Assembly: GCA_965243025.1 (NCBI GenBank)
Contig: CBDETY010000003.1
Span: forward strand, 3,520,001-3,584,000
Length of the DNA: 64,000 bases
Origin: Candidatus Latescibacterota bacterium
Lineage (GTDB): Bacteria > Latescibacterota > UBA2968 > UBA8231
Reading direction: 5' to 3'
A program made the position numbers and the translations under genes. The notes beneath the pieces are model-generated. The model did no database searches, was not told where the DNA came from, and saw only the letters and a list, made by a program, of their open reading frames with translations. Below are positions 1 through 10,690 of the stretch, in pieces. How positions within the stretch are numbered: the stretch's first letter is position 1; each line of letters begins with the position of its first letter.

Positions 1-1719
1 GGGCAGGACGACGACGTTGACCGGGCGTTCGTGTGCCGGCAGCCCGGCAAGGTCGGATTCCTGGAGAAGCTGACTCCGGATCCGCTCCGCGACTTCCGGG
101 TGGCTGCGGATTGTCTCTTCGTCGCCCGAAACCCCCTCGATCTTCTCCGCTTCCTCAAGATCGATGGTCGCCAGGACAACGGGCTGGCTGCGGGTCTGGT
201 CTCCAGACACCAGAACGTGCTCGACGAGGGCGGCCCTGGAGTAAACCCGCTCGAGCAACTCCGGGTTGATGAACTCGCCGTTGGCGAGCTTGAACTGGCG
301 GCCGACGCGTCCCTGAAACGTCAGAAAGCCCTCTTCATCCATGCTGAACAGGTCCCCGGTCCGGTACCATCTCCTGCCATCCTTTTCCACCAGGACCTCG
401 GCGTTCCGCTCAGGATCGTTGAGGTATTCCTTCATCACGTTCGCACCCGACACCCACAACTCACCTGCTCCCGGACCGGGCCGACTGGTGCCGGACGCCG
501 GATCGGCCGAGGCGAGCACTTCGCCCTGCTCGTCCACCAGCCTGACCTCGAAAAGCGGCCTTCCAACCGTTCCCGTCTTGCGTCCTTTGAGGTGGTTGGT
601 CGCTATCAGCGGAGCGCACTCCGTGGTTCCGTATCCCTCCAGGGTGCGAATGCCCAGGACGTCCTGAAAGAAATCGAGCGCTTCCGGATCCGCCTTGGCA
701 GAGCCCACGATGAGCAGCTCGAGGTTGCCCCCCACCCGCTTCGACAGTTGCTCCTTGATCTTGGCCACGATCTTTCCGCCTATGGTAGCGCTGACAAGCC
801 GGTCCCCGAGGCTTGCCTCTCCACGGGCAATCCGCTGCCTGGCGCCTACCGCCCGCTCCACGAGACGCCCCTTCATCCCCCCCGCGTCAATTTCCTTGCG
901 CACGTTTCCGTAGACCTTGTCGAGGACCAGGGGAACGGTGAGAAACCCCTCCGGCTCCGAAACGCGGATGTCGTTGAGAACCCGGTCCGGGGAACGTGCG
1001 AGGTCGAGCTCCCACCCCTTTGCCAGGGGATAGTAGATGTTGAGAATCCCCATCGAGTGGTAATCGGGCGCGGACTTGAAGAAACGGAAGTGGTCGCTCT
1101 CGACGACGACGTCCCAGACCTGGCGGATGTTGGCGACGATGTTCGCGTGCGTCTGGACCACACCTTTCGGCAGGCCGGACGACCCGGACGTATAGATGAC
1201 CTTGGTCTCGTCGGAGGGGGACACCGCAACGTCCGGCGGCGCCGCTTCGCAGCCGGCGACCTGCTCCCATGCAGTGGCATCTTCACGGCTGCCGTCAGTC
1301 AAAATCAGCTTCGGCGGCTTTTCCAGGGACGCGGCAACCGCGTCCACCTGGTCCACTGATTTCCCGTCTACGACGAGATAGGAGATTCCCGAGTGGTTGA
1401 TGTTGTGAGTCAGGATCTCTTCGGGGAGCTTGTTGCACAACGGCACCGTGCAGACGGCGAGCAGGTCGCAGGCGAGAAACACCAGCAACGGCTCGAACCC
1501 GCCGTCCGTGAGTATGCCGACGCGGTCTCCCTTTCCGACACCGAGGTCGGCAAGCCCGGCGGCCACGGCGTTCCGCATGCGCCCGAGTTCGGCATAGGTG
1601 ATCGGTTCGTAGGATGGCCCCTGGCTGCCGGGGCCTTGCCTGAGAACGCGAACCGCAGTCCGCGCGCCGCAGCGATCGATGCTCTGGTCGAGAATGGTCT
1701 TGAGGTTTTCAGCGTCCAT
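1..1719 (-). CDS. Long-chain fatty acid--CoA ligase (AMP-binding family), runs off the window edge
   Basis: Manual minus-strand translation from ATG 1719 (MDAENLKTILD...) gives AMP-binding motifs IYTSGSSGLPKG, EGYGTTE and YRTGD. There is no stop before base 1, so the ORF track missed it. Confidence 0.9.
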   Translation of the reverse strand, partial: MDAENLKTILDQSIDRCGARTAVRVLRQGPGSQGPSYEPITYAELGRMRNAVAAGLADLGVGKGDRVGILTDGGFEPLLVFLACDLLAVCTVPLCNKLPEEILTHNINHSGISYLVVDGKSVDQVDAVAASLEKPPKLILTDGSREDATAWEQVAGCEAAPPDVAVSPSDETKVIYTSGSSGLPKGVVQTHANIVANIRQVWDVVVESDHFRFFKSAPDYHSMGILNIYYPLAKGWELDLARSPDRVLNDIRVSEPEGFLTVPLVLDKVYGNVRKEIDAGGMKGRLVERAVGARQRIARGEASLGDRLVSATIGGKIVAKIKEQLSKRVGGNLELLIVGSAKADPEALDFFQDVLGIRTLEGYGTTECAPLIATNHLKGRKTGTVGRPLFEVRLVDEQGEVLASADPASGTSRPGPGAGELWVSGANVMKEYLNDPERNAEVLVEKDGRRWYRTGDLFSMDEEGFLTFQGRVGRQFKLANGEFINPELLERVYSRAALVEHVLVSGDQTRSQPVVLATIDLEEAEKIEGVSGDEETIRSHPEVAERIRSQLLQESDLAGLPAHERPVNVVVLP

Positions 1720-2169
1720 TTCGATTAATCCCATGGGTTGCCGTTGGTTCCTGCGGAAATCGGGATGGGCCGAAGACGATTCTCACAACCTGACCTGCGA
1801 CCAAAGCCACCCTGAAGCCGCAGGCAAGCCATAGGCCGGGCGGCAGATTCCTGCCCTCGAGTGCCGCAATCCGACCCGTCCCCCTGCACGGAGGAATAAT
1901 CCCGTACAATCCCGGGGATGGCAAGCGACGACTCCTGCGCGTCGAGCTGCTTTCGTTGTTTGACTTTCCCCTGGGGAACACTCAGTATGTGCCCGGTCCC
2001 CTGAGAATTTTACAAGCAGATCAGGTAGCTGATATCGTCAGCTCCGCCGTGTCGGAAATCCAGGTGTCTTCGGATCTCATTTCCATCCCCGGCAGCCGGG
2101 GCTTTCACGGGCGGACGGGATTTCCTCTGAAGGACCTGTTGTGAAAATTTTTTTACCGCGATCCGGCAT

Positions 2170-3873
2170 ATGAGCCCCGAACCAGACGCGCGGGCGGCAT
2201 GGACGCGGCCCCTCCGGTCGTCGGCTTTCCGTCTTCTCTGTCAGGTCCTGCTCATTCCGGCTGCAAGCTGGTCCCAGATGATCGGTCCGGGGACGGGCTC
2301 TCAACCCCGCTACAGCTCAGGTCCTCAGTACAGCGCCAGCATGGGCAGCGTAACCGTAGGGAACGAACAACTCTACCGGATCAGCCTGAGGCCCGATATA
2401 CCGCTGGGAAAGTGGGGGCTGGCTTTCGACCTCGAGCTCTTCATCGACGAGAAGGGGAACTTCAGCGACAAGGGCTGGTCGTTCGGAAGCAGCAGCGAGA
2501 CCCTGGACAGCATCCTTCGCAAGATCTACTACGTTCGCTACGGCCAACCGGAGGATTATCTGTTCTTCAAGATCGGCGCCCTCGATCGCGTTACCCTGGG
2601 ATACGGGTTGATAATGGACCGCTACCGAAACACGCTGCAGTACCCGGGAATAAAGAAAACGGGGGTGCGGTTCCAGACCCGAAGCTGGCCGGGGGGCGTG
2701 TCGATCGAAGGGATGGTCAACAACATCCAGGACTTCCAGCAGGGGGGTGCCTTGATCGGCGCCAGGGCGGCCCGCGATGTAGTGGAAAAACTGGAGGTCG
2801 GTCTCACTTTCGTCGTCGACCTCGACCAGTACAGCGGCCTCCACGACCGCGACGGCGACGGCTACCCGGATGCGGTCGACGCCTTTCCGAAGGATGCGGT
2901 CGAGGCCCTCGACAACGACGGCGACGGTGTCCCGGACCAGCTCGACATCGATGACGACAACGACGGCGTCCTCGACATCGACGAGGAGAGCGGCCTTCCC
3001 GGGGGGGCCATCCCGGTGCTGGAGGAGCTGGAACGTTCCTATCCCGACAGCTTCATGGTCGACAGGGATGTCAGCCGCAAAAGGCCCTTCCACAAGGACA
3101 GGGTGGGTGGTGACCGCTTCACCATCGTCGGTCTCGACGCCGGCTATTCGATCTTCGAGCACGGCCGCTTCGACCTGTTGCTCTACGGCCAGATCGCGGC
3201 AATGCTGGACGACGACGACGCACTCAGCGACGCCGAGGCCGAGGAGCAGGGTGTCGTCGCCGGCAATCGCAAAGCCGCGGGGGTCGGCCTGACGGTCCCC
3301 GGCCTGTGGTTGCGCGCCGGCCCCGTCGACGGCCGGCTCGAGTTCCGCCACTTCCGGGAGGACTTCGATTCCAGCTATTTCGACAACCTGTACGAGCTGG
3401 ACCGGGCCCGCATCGACCTCGCCACCGGCAAGGCGACACCCAAGGATTCCCAGCTGCGCCGCGGCCAGTCGCTGTCGGGGGGGTTCGGCCGCTTGCAGAC
3501 CGACATCTACCGGGTTCTCGACGCCTATGTCGATTACCAGCATCTGGTCGGGGCCGGACACCCCAAGCGTCAGCTTCACCTCGCCGCCAGGCTTTCCCCC
3601 GAGCTTCTGAGAATGATTCCCAGGATCTCGCGCGCCCAGGTATTCTTCCAGAAGAACAACATCGGCGCGCGCCTGGATCAGGAGGGAACCCCCGGCTCCA
3701 GAGATGGTTTCTTCGAGCCGACGGAGGATACCTTCTACGGCTACCTGCTCGGAATGAAGATGTCCGGGGGCGTGTCTGCCGTAACGGAGACCCGCTTCAT
3801 GTTCGAGCGCTCCGCCGACGGCACGCTCGAACGCCGCAAGGTGATGACCATAGAGACGGTCTTCAAGTTCTGA
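2170..3873 (+). CDS. Probable outer-membrane protein with thrombospondin type-3-like Ca-binding repeats
   Basis: Signal-like segment, amphipathic beta strands, DRDGDGYPDAVDAFP / DNDGDGVPD / DDDNDGVLD repeats, C-terminal Phe (TIETVFKF). Start uncertain. Confidence 0.7.
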   Translation: MSPEPDARAAWTRPLRSSAFRLLCQVLLIPAASWSQMIGPGTGSQPRYSSGPQYSASMGSVTVGNEQLYRISLRPDIPLGKWGLAFDLELFIDEKGNFSDKGWSFGSSSETLDSILRKIYYVRYGQPEDYLFFKIGALDRVTLGYGLIMDRYRNTLQYPGIKKTGVRFQTRSWPGGVSIEGMVNNIQDFQQGGALIGARAARDVVEKLEVGLTFVVDLDQYSGLHDRDGDGYPDAVDAFPKDAVEALDNDGDGVPDQLDIDDDNDGVLDIDEESGLPGGAIPVLEELERSYPDSFMVDRDVSRKRPFHKDRVGGDRFTIVGLDAGYSIFEHGRFDLLLYGQIAAMLDDDDALSDAEAEEQGVVAGNRKAAGVGLTVPGLWLRAGPVDGRLEFRHFREDFDSSYFDNLYELDRARIDLATGKATPKDSQLRRGQSLSGGFGRLQTDIYRVLDAYVDYQHLVGAGHPKRQLHLAARLSPELLRMIPRISRAQVFFQKNNIGARLDQEGTPGSRDGFFEPTEDTFYGYLLGMKMSGGVSAVTETRFMFERSADGTLERRKVMTIETVFKF

Positions 3874-3896
3874 ACCTCGAACCCCAACGGACCACC

Positions 3897-5009
3897 ATGA
3901 AGATCACCGCCGTATCCGCTCTCGTTCTGCGCCTGCCGGAGGTCACCGACAAGTGCGAAGGCACCCAGGACACCTGCCTGATCAGGATCGACACCGACGC
4001 CGGAATCACCGGATGGGGCGAGGTCGACTCGGCCCCGACCGTGGTCAAGGCGGTCGTCGAGGCGCCGCTGTCGCACCAGATCGCCAACGGGCTCGCAAAC
4101 ATCCTGGCGGGGGAAGATCCCATGGCGATCGAGGTTTGCATGGCGCGCATGTGGGAAGGGGCAAACTACTACGGCCGCACCGGAGTCGGCGCGCACGCCA
4201 TGGCCGGAGTCAACCAGGCGCTCTGGGACATCAGCGGAAAAGCGCTCGGCCAGCCGGTCTGCCGCCTGCTCGGCGGACCCCACGAAACGAAATTCCGAGC
4301 CTACTGCTCGATTCTGTTCGGCGATACCCCTGGGCAGACCTTCGAGCTTGCCCGCAAACACGCCGACCAGGGGTTCACGGCGATCAAGTTCGGGTGGGGT
4401 CCGATGGGGCAGAGCGAAGCCAACGACATCGAGCTGGTCCGCCAGGCACGCCTCGGCGCCGGCGAAGAGGTCGACGTGCTGATCGACGCCGGTCAGGTCT
4501 GGGACTGGAAAACCGCCCTGAAACGGGCGGAGCAGTTCGCGGAGTTCCGTCCGTTCTGGATCGAGGAGCCGTTGAACCCCGACGACGTCGAGGGATACCG
4601 GATGCTGAGCGAGGCCAGCCCCATCCCCATCGCCGCCGGCGAGGCCGAATCCCGTCTCGACAGCTTCGAACGCCTGCTGGTCGACGGCGGGGTCGACTGG
4701 ATCCAGCCGGATCCGGGCCGCTGCGGCATCTCGACCATGGTCGAGGTCGGCCGCCTGGCGGCGCGCCACCACCGGCGCTTCGTCAACCACAGCTTCAAGA
4801 GCGGGATCACCATCGCCGCCTCCCTCCACGGGCTGGCGGCTGCACCGGGTGGCGAGGTTTTCGAGTACTGCATGGCCGAGTCCCCCCTGCGGCACGAGCT
4901 CACGAAAGAGACCTTCCCGGTCGAGGACGGTTTCGTATCGATCCCGGAAGGCCCAGGTCTGGGGGTAACCGTCGACGAGCAGGTGCTCCAGAACTACCTG
5001 GTCCCCTGA
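3897..5009 (+). CDS. Mandelate racemase/muconate lactonizing enzyme family protein
   Basis: ATG 3897 (MKITAV...); GITGWGE, ALWDISGKALGQP, KFG, metal ligands IDAG / IEEP / AGE. Confidence 0.9.
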   Translation: MKITAVSALVLRLPEVTDKCEGTQDTCLIRIDTDAGITGWGEVDSAPTVVKAVVEAPLSHQIANGLANILAGEDPMAIEVCMARMWEGANYYGRTGVGAHAMAGVNQALWDISGKALGQPVCRLLGGPHETKFRAYCSILFGDTPGQTFELARKHADQGFTAIKFGWGPMGQSEANDIELVRQARLGAGEEVDVLIDAGQVWDWKTALKRAEQFAEFRPFWIEEPLNPDDVEGYRMLSEASPIPIAAGEAESRLDSFERLLVDGGVDWIQPDPGRCGISTMVEVGRLAARHHRRFVNHSFKSGITIAASLHGLAAAPGGEVFEYCMAESPLRHELTKETFPVEDGFVSIPEGPGLGVTVDEQVLQNYLVP

Positions 5010-5154
5010 CGGTCAGAATCCCCCGGAACCTGCGCACCCAAGGCGTTTTCTGCATTTCAAGCCGGTTTTTTTTATAAACCGCCTCGTTTTTCTTATCCGC
5101 TTTTTGAATCAGGCCTGATTTTCCCGCAAACCTGCCCCTGAAATCAGAGCGGCC

Positions 5155-5183
5155 TTGCGATAATGCGGAATTCCGCATATACT
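5155..5183 (+). promoter_or_regulatory. Sigma70-type promoter of ilvB with a palindrome in the spacer
   Basis: TTGCGA-N17-TATACT about 45 bp before the ilvB ATG; perfect 16-bp palindrome ATGCGGAATTCCGCAT at 5163-5178. Confidence 0.65.
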
Positions 5184-5227
5184 TGACACTCCATCAGCGA
5201 ATTTTCTGAAAATAACGGAGATTTGAG

Positions 5228-6931
5228 ATGAGAGGTGCGGACGTTGTCATCGAGGCGGTCGAAAGGGCCGGTGTCGAGTACATATTCGGCCACCCCGGCG
5301 GGGCCGCCATGCCGATCTTCGACGCCCTGTGGCATTCGACGAAGACGAAGTTCATCCTCACCCGCCACGAACAGGGGGCGACCCACATGGCCGACGGGTA
5401 CGCCCGCGCAACCGGCAAGCCGGGGGTCGTCCTCGTAACCTCGGGTCCCGGCGCCACCAATACCATTACAGGGCTGCTCACCGCCCACATGGACTCGGTG
5501 CCGATGGTGGTCCTGACCGGACAGACTCCGACCGAGATGCTCGGCAAGGACGCCTTCCAGGAGGCCGACGTGTTCGGCATCTCGATGCCGGTGGTCAAAC
5601 ACTCCTACCTCGTCAAGGACCCCAACGACATCCCCCGGGTGATGATGGAGGCGTTCCACATCGCCACGACCGGCCGCCGCGGCCCCGTCCTCGTCGACCT
5701 GCCGAAGGACGTGACCCAATCGGAAGGCTGTACCGCACCGTGGCCCGAAAAGGTTTACCTCCCGGGATATCACAACGACCCGAAGCCCGCCGCAGAGCTG
5801 TTGATGGAAGCAGCCCACCTGCTGCGCCGAAGCAAACGCCCGCTGCTGTATCTGGGAGGTGGGTGTATCAGCGCCGGCGCGCACAACGCCGCCCGGGCAT
5901 TTGCCGAAAAAACCCGCATGCCGGTGACCAACACCCTGCTCGGCAAGGGGAGCTTTCCCGAGACTCACCCGCTTTCCGTCGGCATGCTCGGAATGCACGG
6001 CACCGCCTACGCCAACAAGGCGGTTGTCGGCTGCGACCTGATCATGTCGGTGGGCGGGCGCTGGGACGACCGCATCACCGGCAAGCTGGCCGAGTTCTGT
6101 CCCGAGGCAAAAAAGATCCACGTCGATATCGATCCCGCCGAGCACGGCAAGGTCGTGATGCCGGACGTCTTCATCGAAGGAGACGCCCTCCAGGTGCTCG
6201 AAGAGCTGATCAACCACGTCGAGCCGCTCGACACCGCCGACTGGCTCGCCCGGATCGACGAGTGGAAGCGCAAGTACCCCCTCAAGTACGGCCGCAAAGG
6301 GGGCCTCAAGATGCAGACGGTGTTCGACCGGCTTTATCACCTGACCGAAGGGAAGGCGATCGTCACCACCGACGTAGGCCAGCACCAGATGTGGGCGGCC
6401 CAGTTCTACAAGACCTCCTATCACCGCCAGTGGCTGTCTTCGGGAGGATCCGGGACCATGGGGTACGGGTTTCCCTCCGCCATCGGGGCCCAGCTTGGCC
6501 GCCCGGAGGAGCCGGTGATCGCCATCGTCGGAGACGGCGGATTCCAGATGACGTTGTGCGAGCTGGCGACGGCCGCCATCAACGACATCCCGGTGAAAAC
6601 GCTGGTCATGGACAACGCCTACCTCGGGATGGTTCGCCAGTGGCAGAACCTGTTCTTCGAGAACCGTCTGTCCGGAGTCGATCTCGAGGGCAACCCGGAC
6701 TTCGTCAAGCTCGCCGAGTCCTACGGCGTCAAGGGACTGCAGTTGAAGCGCACCGCGGACATCGACAAGATCCTGACGCGCATGCTCGAGCACGACGGTC
6801 CCGTGGTCGTGCACGCGCACTGCGAGAAAGAGGACAATGTCTGGCCGATGATACCGGCGGGAGCAGCGGTGAAGGAGATGATGCTCGAGCCCCCCAGGCG
6901 CAAGCTCGCTCCGCCGAAGGGGAGCACGTGA
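5228..6931 (+). CDS. ilvB: Acetolactate synthase large subunit
   Basis: [32 protein letters not shown] motif GDGGFQM...N. Confidence 0.97.
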   Translation: MRGADVVIEAVERAGVEYIFGHPGGAAMPIFDALWHSTKTKFILTRHEQGATHMADGYARATGKPGVVLVTSGPGATNTITGLLTAHMDSVPMVVLTGQTPTEMLGKDAFQEADVFGISMPVVKHSYLVKDPNDIPRVMMEAFHIATTGRRGPVLVDLPKDVTQSEGCTAPWPEKVYLPGYHNDPKPAAELLMEAAHLLRRSKRPLLYLGGGCISAGAHNAARAFAEKTRMPVTNTLLGKGSFPETHPLSVGMLGMHGTAYANKAVVGCDLIMSVGGRWDDRITGKLAEFCPEAKKIHVDIDPAEHGKVVMPDVFIEGDALQVLEELINHVEPLDTADWLARIDEWKRKYPLKYGRKGGLKMQTVFDRLYHLTEGKAIVTTDVGQHQMWAAQFYKTSYHRQWLSSGGSGTMGYGFPSAIGAQLGRPEEPVIAIVGDGGFQMTLCELATAAINDIPVKTLVMDNAYLGMVRQWQNLFFENRLSGVDLEGNPDFVKLAESYGVKGLQLKRTADIDKILTRMLEHDGPVVVHAHCEKEDNVWPMIPAGAAVKEMMLEPPRRKLAPPKGST

Positions 6932-7476
6932 TGGCTGCGGGAAACGGCAAGACCGCGGCCGCCCGCGTCGAAGCGGCTCCCCCGGCCACCAGCAGGACGA
7001 CAATCGGGTTGCTGGTCAACGACCGGCCCGGCGTCCTGATGCGCATCAGCCAGGTGTTCAGCAGGCGCGGCTACAACATCGAATCCCTGGTCGTATCCTC
7101 TGCCCACATCCCCCACTGCTCGCGCATGACGATCACCTGCAGCGGGCCCGGGGACGTGCTCAACCAGATCATCCTGCAGCTCGACAAGCTGGTCGACGTG
7201 ATCCACGCACGGGATCACACCGACGACGATGCGGTGACCCGGGAACTGGCGTTGTTCAAGGTCTCCTGCTCCGTCGAGGAGCGCACCGAAGTCCTGCAGA
7301 TAACCGAGGTCTTCCGCGGCAAGACCGTCGACATCTCCGACGAGACGCTGACCATCGAAGCGACCGGTACGACGGAAAAGATGGACGCCCTCGAACGCCT
7401 GCTGAGCAAGTTCGAGCTGCGCGAAATGGTGCGCACCGGCAAGGTCGTGATGGCCAGGGGCGACGAGATCACCTGA
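6931..7476 (+). CDS. ilvN: Acetolactate synthase small (regulatory) subunit
   Basis: ACT domain NDRPGVLMRISQVFSRRGYNIESL, C-terminal EMVRTG; start overlaps the ilvB stop. Confidence 0.95.
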   Translation: MAAGNGKTAAARVEAAPPATSRTTIGLLVNDRPGVLMRISQVFSRRGYNIESLVVSSAHIPHCSRMTITCSGPGDVLNQIILQLDKLVDVIHARDHTDDDAVTRELALFKVSCSVEERTEVLQITEVFRGKTVDISDETLTIEATGTTEKMDALERLLSKFELREMVRTGKVVMARGDEIT

Positions 7477-7563
7477 CCGTCGTTCAGCCCCGGCCCTGCT
7501 TTATCCCGGGTGCCGCCCGGCACCTGGCATCCCGAAACAGAAACGGATCGGAAGGAAACCCCG

Positions 7564-7596
7564 GCTCAGGCGCCCCGGTGGACCGGGCGCCTGAGC
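7564..7596. terminator. GC-rich hairpin between convergent ilvN and TonB receptor genes
   Basis: GCTCAGGCGCC...GGCGCCTGAGC inverted repeat; no U-tract. Confidence 0.45.
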
Positions 7597-7750
7597 GAAC
7601 CGCGCCGGCGGATGTACCGCGAACGGGGCAGGCGTGGGAGCCCGGGTTTCAGCCGAAGCGCCTGAATGCCCCGGTGTGCCCGGACCGGGATTCTCCCCTT
7701 CAAGCTGCAGGGCGGCCTAATTCGCCCGGATTGCGCCGGCCGCGCAGGAA

Positions 7751-10690
7751 TCAGAAGTCCACCCCGAGCTGCAGGTAGGCGAGCCGCCCGATCTCCGGTG
7801 CGCCCGCCCAGGAGCGGTAGCTGCTGTCGAGGACGTTGTCGACGTTGAGCATCAGCGACAGATTCTCTCCGAACGGGAGGCCGTAGACCGCGTTCAGGTC
7901 CACCACCGTGTAGGGGTCGACATCGCCGACGAAAACACCGGAGTCCTGCCGGAAGGAGCCGTTGTAGCGAACCCCGCCTCCGACGCGCAGGTTCCAGTCC
8001 GGCATTCTGCACGAGGTCGACAGCTTGAACTTCTGTTTCGGAGCGTTGAGGGAAACGTCGGCAATGCCGTCGAGAGCCTCGAAGAAGGCATCGTTGACGA
8101 ACGAGAAGTTGCCTGAGACCGACCACCGGTCGGTCGGGTAGTAGACGGCACTCAAATCCAGGCCGTACAGCGTTATCGAGCCGAAGTTCCGGTAGGTCAT
8201 GAGCACGGCGTTGGGATCGTACGCCTGTTCGGGAGTCACGGTTCCGAACGGAATCCCCGCCGCCCCGCCCGCAAACAAGGTGGTGAGCTCGTCGACGGGG
8301 GAACCGTTTTTGTTCCCCTGGATTATGCCGGGAATGGAAACCTCGTCGAGAGCCCCCAGGACCTGGGCCGCGTCGGCGTTGTCGGGATCCCCCAGAGACG
8401 CTGTGAACGCCGGACCGAGAGCGGCGGCAAGGCTTCCGGGATCGAGGAACACGTTTGGAGTCTCGACTTTCAGAGGCCCGACGAAATCATCTATGTCACT
8501 GCGGTAGACGTCGGCGGCGACGACGAGCCTGTCGCCGACGATTCCCTTGTATCCGAGCTCCACTGTCTGGGTGATGGTCGGCCTGGTGCGGGGCACGTCG
8601 AAGACACCGGCCGCCGGGTCGAAGCTGCCGGTCTCGAGATTGAGAGTCAGCATCGCATTCGCGAGCCCGGGCAGCTGCTCGGGCACCAGGCTGGGCATCG
8701 CCCCCACCACCACCTCTGTCTGGGCCTCCGCCGTAGCCCTGGCGTCGTCGGCTTCCATTCCCATGGCCAGCAACTGCTGCGTGAGCAATTCCGGCGCGAG
8801 CACCTGCAGCTGCGCGGTGAAGCTGGCGAGCACCGCCTGCCGCGCCACCCCCCACATCACACCGGTCGCGACCGGGTCGTCCATCGCTATGAACCCGTCC
8901 TCATGAATCGAATACCCGGGATCCCCGGGGGACAACCCGAGAACCCCGAGCTGACCGGCGATCAGGGGCTGGAACGGTGTGCGGTACATCGGCCGCCCGT
9001 TGCTGTGGCGGAAGGTGAACCCCCCGTCGAATCCCTCGCGGTAGGTCCCCTGAGCCCGGATGTCGATGGCGGGAGAAAACCCGAGAACCGGTTCGAAATT
9101 TCTGCCGAGGCCGTACGGGTCGGCCTGGCCCAGCCGCTCGAGATAGAGGTTGTTCGTCGAAGGGGTGTCGAAGGCGCGGTTGTAGGTCAGTCTCAGCGTC
9201 TGGGTCTGGCGCGGCTTGAAGACCAGTCCGGCGCGCGGGGACAGCACCCCGTCGTCGAGGCGGTTGTGCTGGTCGTAGCGCAACGCAAGTACCAGATCGA
9301 GTTGCTCCCCGAGGTCGGTCTCGCTCTGGAGGTAAGCGCCGTACTCGTCGGTGCCGTCCTCGTCTTCGTTCCGCCCGGTGATCGTACCCTCGGTGTCAGG
9401 CCGGGTCAGCAGCGCGTCGATCCCGTAGGTCAAGCGCTGTCCGCCGCCGAGCGCATACGCGTGCTGGAGCTGGAAGACGTTCAGGTTGGACTTGTCGACG
9501 ATCGCGTCCCCGTTGCGAAGCAGGAAGGTGTCGCCCGCGTCGCTCCAGTTGCGGTACCACTGGGCGAACAGGTTGCGGTAGATGAACCGCGCCTGGACGT
9601 AGTTGTAGGCCCAGTCGACGGCCTGGCCGGCGCCCAGGCCGGTCAGTTCGATCTGGTCACCGCGGTTGTAGCCCCCCGACACCACTGCCGACAGATCTTC
9701 GTCCATGCGATAGTCGAGGCGCGCTTCCGCGCTCTGCCTCTCGATGCCGAAATCCCGGGCGGTGAGATCGGGATTCGCCTCCCTGGCTTTCAACTCGACC
9801 GGATCCTCGTACTCCCAGTCGTTGCCGGTGTAGTACTGCGCCGAGAGCTTGAAAGCCAGGTTGGGGTTGATGATGCCGGCGTGGCGGACCGCCCCTTTGC
9901 GCAGCGATCGCTCCCCCATTCCGACACGCACGTTCGTGCCTGCAGAGGCGAACGGAGAGCGCGTGATGATGTGCATGACCCCCCTGGCGCTGTTGGGGCC
10001 GTAAAGGGCGGATCCCGGCCCCAGCACCACCTCGATGCGCTCGATGTCCTCGTTGACCACCGGGATGAAGTTGTAGGCGTTCACCCGCAGCGACGGCACG
10101 CGGGCGATGCGGTTGTCGGTGAGGGTCAGCATGGCCCCGGAGAAGACGTTGTTGAAGCCGCGCACCACCGCGTTGCTCTGGACGAGCCCGCTTTTTGCGA
10201 AATCGACGCCGGGAAGGTCGCGCACGTGGTCGCCGACGCTGAGGACCGGTCTGTCCCGGATGTCGGCTCCCTCGACCACGGCGACCGAAGCGGGGGCGTC
10301 GAGAGCTTTTTCCTGGCTGCGGGAGGCGGATACGATACTCTGCTCGAGGTAGATCACCGCTTCCGGAAGCTCGACGTCGAGCCGCTTCGAAGCGCCCGCT
10401 TCGATCTCGATGTCCGCCATGGAGAGGGTTCGGTAGCCGATGTGACTGACCTCGAGCTGGTAGCTGCCGGGTTCCAACCCGGCGAAGCTGTACTCGCCGT
10501 CGGCCCTGGCCGCGGTTCCCATCGGTTCTTCGAGAGACGGCCCGGACAGAACGAGGTTCGCCCCCGGCAGGGGAACCCCCCTCTCATCGGATACCAGGCC
10601 GGAAATGGATGCGCCTTCCCCCAGGGCGGGGTGTGCCGCGAGCACAGTCGTGAGCAGTGCGGCGAGTAGACCTTGTCGTCGGTTTGTCAT
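7751..10690 (-). CDS. TonB-dependent receptor with N-terminal carboxypeptidase-regulatory-like domain
   Basis: Signal peptide, ISGLVSD..GVPLPGANL domain, plug motif IERIEVVLGPGSALYG, C-terminal NVDNVLD...GRLAYLQLGVDF. Confidence 0.95.
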   Translation of the reverse strand: MTNRRQGLLAALLTTVLAAHPALGEGASISGLVSDERGVPLPGANLVLSGPSLEEPMGTAARADGEYSFAGLEPGSYQLEVSHIGYRTLSMADIEIEAGASKRLDVELPEAVIYLEQSIVSASRSQEKALDAPASVAVVEGADIRDRPVLSVGDHVRDLPGVDFAKSGLVQSNAVVRGFNNVFSGAMLTLTDNRIARVPSLRVNAYNFIPVVNEDIERIEVVLGPGSALYGPNSARGVMHIITRSPFASAGTNVRVGMGERSLRKGAVRHAGIINPNLAFKLSAQYYTGNDWEYEDPVELKAREANPDLTARDFGIERQSAEARLDYRMDEDLSAVVSGGYNRGDQIELTGLGAGQAVDWAYNYVQARFIYRNLFAQWYRNWSDAGDTFLLRNGDAIVDKSNLNVFQLQHAYALGGGQRLTYGIDALLTRPDTEGTITGRNEDEDGTDEYGAYLQSETDLGEQLDLVLALRYDQHNRLDDGVLSPRAGLVFKPRQTQTLRLTYNRAFDTPSTNNLYLERLGQADPYGLGRNFEPVLGFSPAIDIRAQGTYREGFDGGFTFRHSNGRPMYRTPFQPLIAGQLGVLGLSPGDPGYSIHEDGFIAMDDPVATGVMWGVARQAVLASFTAQLQVLAPELLTQQLLAMGMEADDARATAEAQTEVVVGAMPSLVPEQLPGLANAMLTLNLETGSFDPAAGVFDVPRTRPTITQTVELGYKGIVGDRLVVAADVYRSDIDDFVGPLKVETPNVFLDPGSLAAALGPAFTASLGDPDNADAAQVLGALDEVSIPGIIQGNKNGSPVDELTTLFAGGAAGIPFGTVTPEQAYDPNAVLMTYRNFGSITLYGLDLSAVYYPTDRWSVSGNFSFVNDAFFEALDGIADVSLNAPKQKFKLSTSCRMPDWNLRVGGGVRYNGSFRQDSGVFVGDVDPYTVVDLNAVYGLPFGENLSLMLNVDNVLDSSYRSWAGAPEIGRLAYLQLGVDF

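Noticed and set aside
31-1359. 442-aa plus-strand ORF, and similar long antisense ORFs elsewhere (e.g. 12068-14830, 25374-28094, 31372-33387, 49243-52065)
   Set aside because: Shadow frames of real opposite-strand genes in high-GC DNA; no recognisable motifs.
2139-2156. Rex-like operator TTGTGAA-N4-TTCACAA
   Set aside because: Only the left half matches.
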